From assembly GCF_006345805.1 (NCBI RefSeq), contig NW_021834281.1:1-50097 (forward strand): a stretch of 50,097 nucleotides of DNA, given 5' to 3'. How positions within the stretch are numbered: position 1 is the first letter of the stretch; every line of letters starts with the position of its first letter. The notes under the pieces are model-generated. The model was not told where the DNA came from. It saw only the letters and a program-made list of their open reading frames with translations, and ran no database searches. This document shows, piece by piece, positions 38,765 through 50,097 of the stretch. Position numbers and translations under genes: made by a program. This stretch comes from Octopus sinensis. Lineage: Eukaryota.

Positions 38765-38995
38765 CAATGTATGGTTGAGGGGTAAGGCTGCAACTAGGGG
38801 AATCGTTAAAACGCCGAGCAAAATGTTTAGCGGCATCACGTTTGTCATTACGTTCTGAGTTCGAATTCCGCTGAGATCGACTCTGCCTTTCGTCCTCTCG
38901 GGATCGATAAAATAAGTACCAGTTGAGCCCTGGGTTCGATGTAATTGATTTACACCTTTCTAAATTTCTGGCCTTGTGCCAAAATTTGAAATCAA
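38765..38995 (+). mobile_element. SINE family C, diverged
   Basis: gttctgagttcgaattccgctgagatcgactctgcctttcgtcctctcgggatcgataaaataagtaccagttgagc. Confidence 0.8.
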
Positions 38996-39701
38996 CATGT
39001 GACTGAGAGGTGTTAGGACGAACTTACAAAGATGTTCATGCAAGTATAGTGCTGAGTTAATGACACAAAGACGAAGGTCATGAGACTGATCGTAGGGGAC
39101 AAAAGGCTCGGTTGTTATGCGTGTGATAGCATAAAACAGCTACCAAAATTACGCAATATGTAATTCTATCACAGAAAGAAACCAGTTGTTCAAAATAAAA
39201 CGATGCTTTGATATGTATCATTGCAAAAAAATACTACAATGTTCCTTTGTAAAGCAACATCGTAGCATTGTTAAGCATCATGTTTTTGTTATTTTTTTGG
39301 TCAGTGTTTGTTGAAGGTTGTTATAAATTATTAAATGATTTGAAAAAAGGAATTTCTAGTTGTGGAATTCCAATGGGGTTTACCATTTCGAGGAATTTAA
39401 ACATTTAATACTTAATTTTATGCGAGATACATAATGCCTTCTTCGTACGCGCACGAACGTGTGCATGCTTATGTGTATATGTGTGTGTGTACGTACATTT
39501 AATAACTTCTCTCATTCTTCCCCTCTGTGTATGTGTGTATGTGTGTGTGTGTTTGTGTGTGTGTGCGTGCGTGCGCGTGTATCTATCAATATATATATAT
39601 ATCTATCTATATATATATCTATATCTCTATATATATCTATATCTATATATATATCTATATCTATCTATCTATCTATCTATCTATATTTATCTATCTCTAT
39701 A

Positions 39702-39857
<156 letters not shown>

Positions 39858-40864
39858 TATGAACAGCAGTTTGCGATGTTTCACCAAAAAGGAGAGTTAC
39901 AAATGTCACTAAATGCGACTAGGGTGTTTGGAAACACCTACTTTGCTAGAAATAAGAGCTAAGCCACTCTAATGTGGTAGTTAACGCACATGAATGAAAA
40001 CATGAAAACGTACACTAACAGGGACCACAATCCTAAAAGTACGGTTCGAGAATTCTTAATACTGACGCATCAGTTTCGGCAATTGATATATATGCGAAGA
40101 CAATCTGGTACTTGACTGAGGAAAGAAAACTTCGAATGACCCGTCCTTGTTTTCTTTGTATCGTACAGGACAAAAGGCAAGATTATTTAGACTAATGATT
40201 CAACGTTGTTTTCCTTTATTTCATCATTTATTCAAATCTATACACACAGCAGAGAATTTTTCTCTCTTATGTTTCTTAATTTAAGTACATCTAAAGTCTT
40301 ACATCTTTTGCTTTTTACGAGATTCAGTCATTGGACTGTGGCCAAGCTGGGGCACTGTCATGAAGGGTTTTACTGAAACTAATCGACTCTGGTACTTTTG
40401 TCTTTTATTTTTTTTTAAAGTTTGGTACTTATTCTATTGGTATTTTGCCGAACTGCTAACTTATGGGAACGTAAACAACACCACATGTGAAGCAGTCGGC
40501 GTGGGAGTGACAAACACAAAAGCATACGCATACACATATATACTACAGGCTTCTACACAGTTTTCGCCTACCGAATTCACTCAGAAAACATTGTTTGGCC
40601 CAGGACAGTAGTAGACAACACTTGCCCAAGGTGCCATGTAGTGGAACTGAACCCGAAAAACGTAGCTGCGAAGCGAGTTCCTGTGCATTAATGATCGATC
40701 AAAATAATACCATTTGCCATTAGTATTTGGTAGCGTTCTTTGAATTTCTCAAAACGAAATTCTATTTACGAGGTACTAAATTTATAAATTTGATGATCTC
40801 ATTTGGAATTTCTTATTTGTTTGGTTATAAAATCATAAAATTCATTAATTTCCTAGATTTCTTT

Positions 40865-41246
40865 TCCCGTTTATCTTTTATTTGTTTCAGGTATTGGACT
40901 GTGGCCATGCTGGGACACCCCTTTAAAGTGTTTAGTCAAACAAATTGACCCCGGTACTTATTATGTTTAGGTCTGGTACACCAGTATTCTATCGGTTGTT
41001 TTGTAGAATGTGCAAGTGATGAGTCTACACTGGTACAGAAATGTATGGCATATAAAGAATGAGAGTTAAGGACTGAAGTGTCAAACGATCCAAGTAGAAG
41101 GAACCTGTGGAAGAAAGCCAAGCAAGTGATGAAAGTTGAGATCAGGAACCCCTTATAAAAACGATGGTAAGCGAGCGCAACAAGTTGCAGGAGCCTATAT
41201 TGATGAAAATCCGTCCAATTAATGCAAGCATGAATACTGGACACGC

Positions 41247-41340
<94 letters not shown>

Positions 41341-41495
41341 CGGACTTCTTTCACTTTCTGTCTACCATATCCACTCACAAAGCTTTGGTTGTCCCGGGGC
41401 TAAAGCAGAAAACACACTTACCCAAGGTGCTACACAGTGAGACTGAACCCAGAACCAAGTGGTTGGAAAGAAAACTTCTTACCATACAGCCATGC
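40865..41495 (-). mobile_element. SINE family B with a + strand RTE 3' fragment (about 41000-41235) inside it
   Basis: B tail at 40865-41000, B core/head at 41340-41495; the insert has the gaaggaacctgtggaaga...ccgtccaattaatgcaagcatg RTE end. Confidence 0.7.
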
Positions 41496-41629
41496 CATTT
41501 TCATAAGTTATGTTATCGGATTTAAATCCAAGGATTGTGCTGGTCACTGCAGCACAGGAATTTTCTTTCTCTGAACCAATTCCTCGATTATTCCTGTTAT
41601 ATTACCTTAGGACGTTGGTATGCTGAAAA

Positions 41630-41861
41630 GGCGGCGAGCTGGCAGAAACGTTAGCACGCCGGGCGAAATGTGTGGCCGTATTTTCGTCTGCCGTTACGTT
41701 CTGAGTTCAAATTCCGCCGAAGTCGACTTTGCCTTTCATCCTTTCAGGGTCGATAAATTAAGTACCAGTTATGCACTGGGGGTGATATAATCGACTTAAT
41801 CCGTTTGTCTGTCCTTGTCTGTCCTCTCTGTGTTTAGCCCCTTGTGGGTAGTAAAGAAATA
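41630..41861 (+). mobile_element. Full-length SINE family C with 13-bp TSD
   Basis: GGTATGCTGAAAA at 41617-41629 and 41862-41874. Confidence 0.92.
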
Positions 41862-42339
41862 GGTATGCTGAAAAATCCACAACGAGTCCAAATGACTCTT
41901 GGCTGAGAGAAACACAGTCTCCTTCGAGATGTCCAGTTGTGCTGTACTGCTGCTGCTCACGATCATCTTGAAGTGATGTAAGAGACCAACCTCTCTTCAA
42001 AATATACAACTCAAAATCGTGACATCGCCACTACCTAGCTAGTTTAACTATAAAATTTCTACACACCGATTGAAATTATTCTTTTATAACACCAGATACA
42101 TACACGGCCGGTAGAGTTGAACAAGTTAAATTTCGACTCATGTAACTTTAAAAGTTTTGTATCATTTTGACAGCTCTCCATATTCTTTTGAGAAAGCAAT
42201 ACCGGAATGTCGGATTTTCAGAAAAATGTACAGCTTCATTTTAACAAGTAATTTGTTCTATCTACAAATTCGTATTGTTTTATTATTGTTTCTTATTGTA
42301 GTAACTCAACGTACTTCTGGTATTTCTGTGGAACGTCAT

Positions 42340-42395
42340 TCAAAATGTTAATGGCGGCCGTCATTTTGCTGTTCTTTATTGGTCAATGATGATGG
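42340..42395. promoter_or_regulatory. Promoter-like motifs (YY1-like ATGGCGGCC in a near-palindrome, inverted CCAAT)
   Basis: aatggcggccgtcatttt and attgg in a unique, CpG-containing patch; motif-only evidence. Confidence 0.25.
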
Positions 42396-42624
42396 TTCAT
42401 ATTCTCAGTCGTCTTCTGCAACTTGCTTTGGTCGGATACTGTCAGGATAGCCACCAGTTTTAGCGAAGTGAAAATCTACACAAACTAGCAAGCATTAGTT
42501 AATAAGCATCCAAATTCTAAAGCCGTCTCCCGAAAAATAAATTTAAGCTTATATTAATCGTATCTCTGATTATAAGTATCCATCAAATCAAATTTTAGAA
42601 TGATATAATCAAATAATACTTAAA

Positions 42625-42945
42625 ATATGGTATCACGTTTAAGAAAATTAAATATAGATGAATGGCTTGTGAGAATCATACAAATCATGTACAGAGGTGT
42701 TTCTAAGGCAACAGCAATGAGTTTAATGAGGAGTTTAGAGTCCATCAGTTCTCAGGCCTGTGGACAGGAGTGTCAAACGATCCTAGTTGAAAGAGCCCGT
42801 GGAAGAGGAAGGTCAGGGAAGACACTAGCAAGTGATGAAAGCTTAGATCAGGAACTCCCCATAAAGACAATGATAAGTGAACGCGACAAGTTGCGGAAGC
42901 CTATACTGGTGAAAATCCGTCCAACTAATGCAAGCATGAAAAATC
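42625..42945 (+). mobile_element. Internally deleted RTE LINE
   Basis: LRKLNIDEWLVRIIQIMYR (RT region) fused to GRGRSGKT and the RTE 3' end. Confidence 0.75.
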
Positions 42946-44594
42946 ACTACTTCAAATTTACCCAAACTGAACAGAGAGGGAAGTAATAAACATCGATATG
43001 GAATTAAGAATACTAATTCTTTCTTTCTACTATCAGTATAAGGACTGAAATTTCGAGGAAGGGGGTCAAACTAGTCGATTATATCGACCCCAAAGCTTAA
43101 CTTCCGAAAGGAAAAAAGCCAAAGTCGACATCGGTGGAATATGAATGCAGAATGTAAAGACGGACGAAAGGCCGCTAAGCATTTTGTCCAACGTGCTAAC
43201 GATTCTGCCAGCTTGTCACTGCAACTGTAAGAATCCTGCGACTATCCTCTAAACGCTCACTACTTTGAATTTAACATTGTATATCAGTGTATTGCTTAAA
43301 CTAGCTCTTGTAACAGATCTTATATACGCTAGCCGCTAATCACTTTGCCAAGTTAATATGTACACTAATTCTGTAACTAGTGAGGAAGAAATGCTACAAG
43401 TACGACGTTACCCAGTTTCCTTTGACAGCTTTAAGAAAGTTGTGTACAGTATAACCGCCAGTGAACGATCACTGTGGTAGCGATACGATACCTGGGCAAT
43501 GGTAAACCATGTAACTTGTGCACAGAAGAGGCATCCTAGATCTTCTTTAAAACATTCCGTCTCAACTAAGAATCTGAGAAAGTGGTTGCATGTTGACACG
43601 AGATATATTTGAACTACTAGTCTATATCGGACCCTGGTAGATAGTATAGTATCAACCGTCAGCAGTTTCCATTAAGGCAGATTTAACTTATTCTGAATCC
43701 AAACGTAGTATGATTCCTGCTACTACCATTGGTCATACCAATGAAACTAGTCGGTTTCTGGCCACCGCTATAATCATACAATGTACTTTTCTGACTCTAA
43801 TATAGCTACAAACATCTTGACCGACTCTTCCTTCGTAGAATATGACTTACTCCCTACTAAGTACATTCCTTTGATCTTTTCCAGAAAAACTACATTTGCC
43901 AAGATTCTTTTTAATGACATGCATAAAGTTTTCTCAACTGATTCTTCATCCCTAAAGGTGAAACTAATTTAAGAACCTAATTACGAACATTCCTCGCTAT
44001 CTTCTTCTGTTTCATTATAGAATTTTGGATATCTCTTTAAATAGACTTTTCAATAAGTGAATTAATTTTCTTTGTACCATTAATACAGTTACTATTTTTA
44101 CATTAGTAGAACAATTGGTAACCCCCTTATCTTATTTTCTGTTATCTATAATATCATCTCCAGATATATTATTTATTTTATGTAAGAAGAAAAACAAAAT
44201 GAATTAAAAAGATTTTTTAATTTAAATTCAAATATGCTGGTTCTTCAACTTTGTCTTACCGGGAAAAAGATTCTCTTTAATGACAAATCTACCACCAAAG
44301 GCAAAACACGTGTTTAAAATTAGTTCCTTCTATATAATATAACTGATAAAGTATATCTGTAGATATGTTTTTATCGGCTATAGTGTCTATTCATCATCAT
44401 CATCATCATCATCATTTGCAACAACAGTTGGAGAAGCGGCAGCAACAGCAGCATCCTTATCGTCTGTATCTTTACAAGATAAAATTGTTAATGAGTTATT
44501 ATCAACAGTGGTAATACTCTAAATTTCATTATTATCACTATATTCATCATTACTATTGTATTATCATTAAGATTACATTTATTAACAATTGTAT

Positions 44595-44654
44595 TACTGT
44601 TTTTATATGCAATATCGTGGTCGTTGTTGTGGTTTATTATTATTATTATTATTA

Positions 44655-44712
<58 letters not shown>

Positions 44713-44750
44713 CATTATTATTATTATCATCATCATCATCATCATCATTA
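44595..44750. repeat. (ATT)n/(ATC)n microsatellite
   Basis: Direct. Confidence 0.95.
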
Positions 44751-44751
44751 A

Positions 44752-44968
44752 GAAGGCGGCGAGCTCGTAGAACCGTTAATATGCCGGGTGAAATGCTTGG
44801 CAGCATTTCGTCCGTCTTTACATTCTGAGTTCAAATTCCGCCGAAGTCGACTTTGTCTTTCATCCTTTCGGGGTCGATAAAATAAGTATCAGTCAAGCAC
44901 TGGGGTCGATGTAATCGACAAAGTCCATCGCCCAAAATTTCGGGCCTTGTGCCTTTAGTAAAAAAGAC
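44752..44968 (+). mobile_element. SINE family C
   Basis: Same motif series. Confidence 0.85.
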
Positions 44969-44971
44969 TAT

Positions 44972-46100
44972 TGTATGTAAAGAGGAAAGAAGGAGGACGG
45001 GAATTGGTGTGTTGTGAAGGTTGTGTAAGGGAAAAGGAGAACAGCTTGGCTGGTATGTCAAGGGGAGTAAAGAAGAAATGATTGAAGCAGTGAAAATGCA
45101 GGGAACCTTAAAAGTGAACGAAATCATAGATCCAATACAATTTAAGAAAGACCAGAGAGAGCAGAAGGAAATTTGGCACGAACAGAAAATGTACAGTCAG
45201 TTCTTAAAGAATAAAGATGAGGTTGATTGGAATAGAACCTGACAATTGCTGCAGAAAGGAGATTTAAAAGGGCCCACTGTGGCATTAGTATGCAGCGCTC
45301 ACGAACAAGTTCTCAGAACAAACTGCTCTAAATATCACATTGATAAAAGCGCTGACTCGCCACAGTGTAGTATGTGTTCTGAGAAGGGAGAAAGTATAAG
45401 CTATATTGTTAGTGAGTGCTGTAAGCTCGCACAACGCGAATGCAAAAGGAGACACGATATGTGGCCAGATATGTCCACAGGCTATTGTGTGGTAAAGCAA
45501 ACCTCGAGAGAGCCGAACAATGGTATGAACACAAGCCAGAGGGAGTAATGGAAAACGAAACTTACAAAATACTCTGGGATTTTAACATGCAGTGTGACCA
45601 AGTCATAGAGGCGAGACGACCAGGTATTGTGCCCGTCCATAAAGATGAAAAAAAAGTAAAGAAATTGCAATACCAGGCGATTCGAAGGTGAAATGTAAGG
45701 AAACAGAAAAGATTGAGAAATACCAGCCACTGCGGTTGGTGATTCGAAAGTTATGGGGCGTGAGGAAAGTAATGGTGATACCGGTGGTAATTGGAGCATT
45801 AGGTTCTAAGGTTCTAAGGGCTTAGAAAAACATTAAGTATATTGGAGCTGCTGCCAGGTTCGAAGTGATCCAGAAGACAGCATTGTTGGGTACAGGTCGC
45901 ATTCTAAGGAGAGTATTGTCCCTTTTAGTCACAGGAGAAAACATTACTTGAAACCTTTGCTTTCAAGTAAAGAATAACCGGTAATTAAGAAATATTCGAG
46001 TCTTTCAGAACAACAACAACAACAACAACAGCAGCAGCAGCAGCAGCAGCAACAACAACAACAATAACAATAATAATAAATATTATTATCATTGTTATTA
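44972..46100 (+). mobile_element. 5'-truncated RLE-type (R4/Dong-like) LINE: C-terminal domain, CCHC knuckle, restriction-like endonuclease, (AAC/CAG/AAT)n tail
   Basis: YVKRKEGGRG; CSMCSEKGESISYIVSEC..LAQ...KRRHD; ILWDF..QCD..IEARRP.IV; EKIEKYQ.L; V.PVVIGALG; stops and frameshifts. Confidence 0.85.
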
Positions 46101-46216
46101 TTATGTATCTTCGCTCTCAACGATGAACCTCTTATAGCCATCTCTGATTGACAACTTCAGCATCACCTTTGTTTCAAATTGCAGTTGAAGCTGAAGTTTT
46201 CGTGGTAAACCAAATC

Positions 46217-47176
46217 GAGCACTGGTGTCGATAAAATAATACTAGTTGAGCAGTGGAGCCTATAAAATAAGTACCGGCTGAGCACTGGTGTCGATAAAAA
46301 CAGTACTAGTTGAGCAGTGGAGCCTATAAAATAAGTACCGGCTGAGCACTGGTGTCGATAAAATAAGTATTAGTTGAGCAGTGGAGCCTATAAAATAAGT
46401 ACCGGCTGAGCACTGGTGTCGATAAAATCAGTACTAGTTGAGCAGTGGAGCCTATAAAATAAGTACCGGCTGAGCACTGGTGTCGATAAAATAAGTACTA
46501 GTTGAGCAGTGGAGCCTATAAAATAAGTACCGGCTGAGCACTGGTGTCGATAAAATAAGTACTAGTTGAGCAGTGGAGCCTATAAAATAAGTACCGGCTG
46601 AGCACTGGTGTCGATAAAATAAGTACTAGTTGAGCAGTGGAGCCTATAAAATAAGTACCGGCTGAGCACTGGTGTCGATAAAATAAGTACTAGTTGAGCA
46701 GTGGAGCCTATAAAATGAGTACCGGCTGAGCACTGGTGTCGATAAAATCAGTACTAGTTGAGCAGTGGAGCCTATAAAATAAGTACCGACTGAGCACTGG
46801 TGTCGATAAAATAAGTACTAGTTGAGCAGTGGAGCCTATAAAATAAGTACCGGCTGAGCACTGGTGTCGATAAAATAAGTACTATTTGAGCAGTGGAGCC
46901 TATAAAATGAGTACCGGCTGAGCACTGGTGTCGATAAAATAAGTACTAGTTGAGCAGTGGAGCCTATAAAATGAGTACCGGCTGAGCACTGGTGTCGATA
47001 AAATCAGTACTAGTTGAGCAGTGGAGCCTATAAAATGAGTACCGGCTGAGCACTGGTGTCGATAAAATCAGTACTAGTAGAGCAGTGGAGCCTATAAAAT
47101 GAGTACCGGCTGAGTACTGGTGCCGATAAAATAAGTACTAGTTGAGCATAAGTACCAGTTGAGCACTGGTGTCGAT
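46217..47176 (+). repeat. 64-bp dimeric tandem repeat (2 x 32 bp), about 14.5 copies, derived from the SINE C core
   Basis: Unit GAGCACTGGTGTCGATAAAATAAGTACTAGTT+GAGCAGTGGAGCCTATAAAATAAGTACCGGCT; starts at 46280/46344/46408. Confidence 0.95.
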
Positions 47177-47808
47177 GTAGTCAAATTACCTCCTCTTCCG
47201 AACTTGCCGGTTTTGTGCCAGAATTTGAAACCATTATTTTGATCTTCACTGTTTCTACGTGCGCATGGTAATTTATTACGTAAGAGACATCTTTAACTAT
47301 TATTTCATCTTTTATGGAAATGTCAAATGGGATTATTTAAGTGATAATTTATGCCATGACTTTCATAAGTAGACAAAAGTTATTACGTTAATTAAATTAA
47401 AGTTTTGTATTAATACCATATAATTTACTATATTATCGTGTAATCAAGATAGCTAAACAAATGCTGTCGCATGTTTTCTATGCAAACAATGCTATTAACT
47501 GATCGAAAGAATACATTTTAAATAAAGTATCGTCTGTTAATGCATTAGTTCGGATACCAATATCGTTAACAATAAACTATTACAGAGTATCTTTCCTCAC
47601 AGCTTTCTGTAAATGCTTCTTCATAAAAAAACAACAACAAAAAAAAGCAGAAGCTCACCAACAACCGTTCTTCACCCAGTGGCTTACTTATATATATATA
47701 TAATATATATATAATATATATATATTCTTCAACATGTGATCTCTTGAGCACCACCAGCTCAAATATTTTCTCCTCTGTCTTCCCTCCTTAGGATCTTTCC
47801 TTCTCCTT

Positions 47809-47843
47809 GTTTCCGACGAAGAGCTCCGCTCGAAACGTTAAAC
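47809..47843 (+). ncRNA. Minimal type I hammerhead-ribozyme-like motif (Penelope-type), with U4C variant core
   Basis: GUUU-CCGACGA-A-GAGC UCC GCUC-GAAA-CGU-U-AAAC: stem I 4 bp, stem II 4 bp, palindromic ACGU stem III. Confidence 0.5.
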
Positions 47844-47944
47844 CCCTTCCCTTCTTTCCTGAGCGTCAATAATACTTTAATTGTTCCACATCCTGCGTTG
47901 CTGTGTTTTTTTCTCTTTTTTTCTGTGTTTTCTTGTTTGGATTA

Positions 47945-47981
<37 letters not shown>

Positions 47982-48634
47982 TAATAAATAAAACATATGC
48001 ATATATACGTACATATGTACGTACCTACCTCTACATGTATATATACATGCATATATGGGTACAGGACACCCCCCCAAAAAAACGTCGAACACACCCATAT
48101 ATGCATGTATATATACACGTAGAGGCAGGTACGTACATATATGTATGTATATATGCATATGTTTTATTTATTATTTATTATATGACGGAACGCACGCATC
48201 CATTTCTAAGTAGATTGTTCTTATATATATATATCTATATATTATATATAATATATAATATTAATTAAAATAAAACATATGCATATATATAAACATATTG
48301 TACGTACCTACCTCTACATGTATATATACACGCATATATTACCAGGACACAAAAAAAAACGTCGAACACAATGAGAAACGAAAACATAGACACAATCCAA
48401 GAACTGGACATTTTTTTAAACAATAAAAAAATAGAGTACAGGACAATTAACACAAAGAAAAAAACCCCTTCTTCAGTCGCCATGGTTCATCTATTCTACG
48501 TTTCGAAGGTGAAGGCGAGACGTATCTTCGAATAAGAAACTTTCCTTCCTGCGAAAAGCAAATCAATTAAAATCTGAGATCTTTTTGCAGAGGGTAAAAA
48601 TGGTAACAAAAACAGGATATATATATTATATATA

Positions 48635-48720
<86 letters not shown>

Positions 48721-48959
48721 AATTAAGGACTGAACCGAAAAGTGGACAGTCAACATGCTAGATATAGACGTCAAATCGCCATTCTCCAAAAGTCTATGTT
48801 CTCAGATCAAACTCAACACCAAACCAAAACAATACAAGTGAAATATACGAAATAAATATTTACCCATGTACTAAATTCAGTTTCGGCTGTTATTTTCCGC
48901 AAGGAAAAGTGCAGCCATCATCAGCATGGTCCTATAAAATGTAATTTTATATATATATA

Positions 48960-49005
<46 letters not shown>

Positions 49006-49314
49006 TGATGCGAGAGACCTATGATCAAAGTGTTTCAGTAACTATCATCCTATCTTATTTTAAGGTGATATGTCAAGAGCTACAATATCCCATGTCTCAT
49101 TTATTTAGCTTGAGGCTTGAGAAAAATTTGGCTACTACTTTTGGCAAGTATTGCGACCACGTACAAGCTCTTTTTTTTGGCTCTTGACAGCTTATTTTGA
49201 ACACTATTTAGAGACAAATTGAAAACAGAATTTGGGAGATTTGGATTAAGTTTCAGGTTTCAGAGTTAAGCAAACATTTACTCAAGACAATGCAAAATTG
49301 ATTTCAAATTTTGG

Positions 49315-49515
49315 CACAAGACCAGTACGTTTGGGGGAAAGGGTAAGAGGTAAGTCAATTACATCGACCTCAGTGCTCAACTAATATTTATTTTATCGAA
49401 CTAGAAGGAGGAAAGACAAAGTCGACCTCTGCGGAATTTGTACTCAATACGAAAAGACGGACGAAATGCAGCTGAACATTTTACTCGGAGTGCTAACGTT
49501 TCTGTCAGCTCACCA
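49315..49515 (-). mobile_element. SINE family C, diverged
   Basis: Reverse complement of the core (gacaaagtcgacctctgcggaatttg). Confidence 0.75.
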
Positions 49516-49567
49516 TCTTTATACAATTCAAGATTGAAGTCAAAATATTTACATGTGCATTCATGGG

Positions 49568-49733
49568 AGTGTAGTTAAGAAGTTCGCCTCGCAGATGATT
49601 TCGGGTTCAGTGCCAATTCGCAGTACCTTAGGCAAATGTCTTCTAGGATAGCCTCAGGAGGACCAATGCCTTGTAGCTGACTTCTATAGAGGGGAGACTT
49701 ATGGAATTCCTTCATATGTAAGTATGTACGTAC

Positions 49734-49809
<76 letters not shown>

Positions 49810-49830
49810 GTGTGTGACTTAGTGCTTAGA
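49568..49830 (+). mobile_element. SINE family B, diverged, with (TG)n
   Basis: Head/core remnants ccttaggcaaatgtcttct...ccaatgccttg. Confidence 0.65.
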
Positions 49831-50097
49831 ATGTATACTCTGCTGTAAACGAACAACACTGCGACAGACTAGAGTTCCGTTCTGGGAAAATGCCGGTCTG
49901 CTCGCCAAGCTAGTGAGATGGTATCATTTGAGAGTGAAAGCAATGCGAGGAATAGCATTGTGACCAGCGGTATTTTACGACAGCTGATTGCCGGCCCCTG
50001 TTGTTAATGTCCTGTTGTTTACATTTGTATTTGTGTACCGTTCTCCGTTTTTTTCCGTCCTTGTTGTCGCATACATTCCAAGGAATCTAGCGCTCTT

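Noticed and set aside
46217-47176. CRISPR-like regular array
   Set aside because: No unique spacers, both halves repeat, SINE-derived, eukaryotic context, no cas genes
48470-48530. Type II hammerhead arrangement on minus (GAAACGTA...CTGAAGA)
   Set aside because: No stem I can form between the elements

Overview
AT-rich, repeat-saturated metazoan genomic DNA. The SINE/LINE/Helitron families and the microsatellite load look like an octopus (coleoid cephalopod) genome; this is an inference from recalled repeat families. The only host gene I can support firmly is the 3' end of an axonemal dynein heavy chain (DNAH6-like) on the + strand. It has four GT-AG exons (9902-10148, 11866-12029, 19532-19754, 23655-23758) that splice in phase into the last 245 aa plus stop, followed by AATAAA at 23877. 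The last exon is absent from the supplied ORF track. Nearly all other listed ORFs are microsatellite, minisatellite or SINE artefacts. Mobile DNA includes at least 4 tRNA-derived SINE families, RTE and R4/Dong-like LINE fragments, a decayed Helitron, mariner fragments, and hAT-, pogo- and TTAA-type MITEs, with several nested insertions that retain TSDs. The most unusual signals are: a ~1.1 kb 34-bp array of helically phased AnTn tracts (bent-DNA-like, or an artefact); a foldback in the last dynein intron whose arm is complementary to a candidate branch point; a 64-bp dimeric satellite born from a SINE core; a minimal hammerhead-ribozyme-like motif; several other long inverted repeats; and weak hints of a second, minus-strand gene. 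There is no CRISPR array or prokaryotic system, and I cannot claim a wholly new biological system from this sequence alone.
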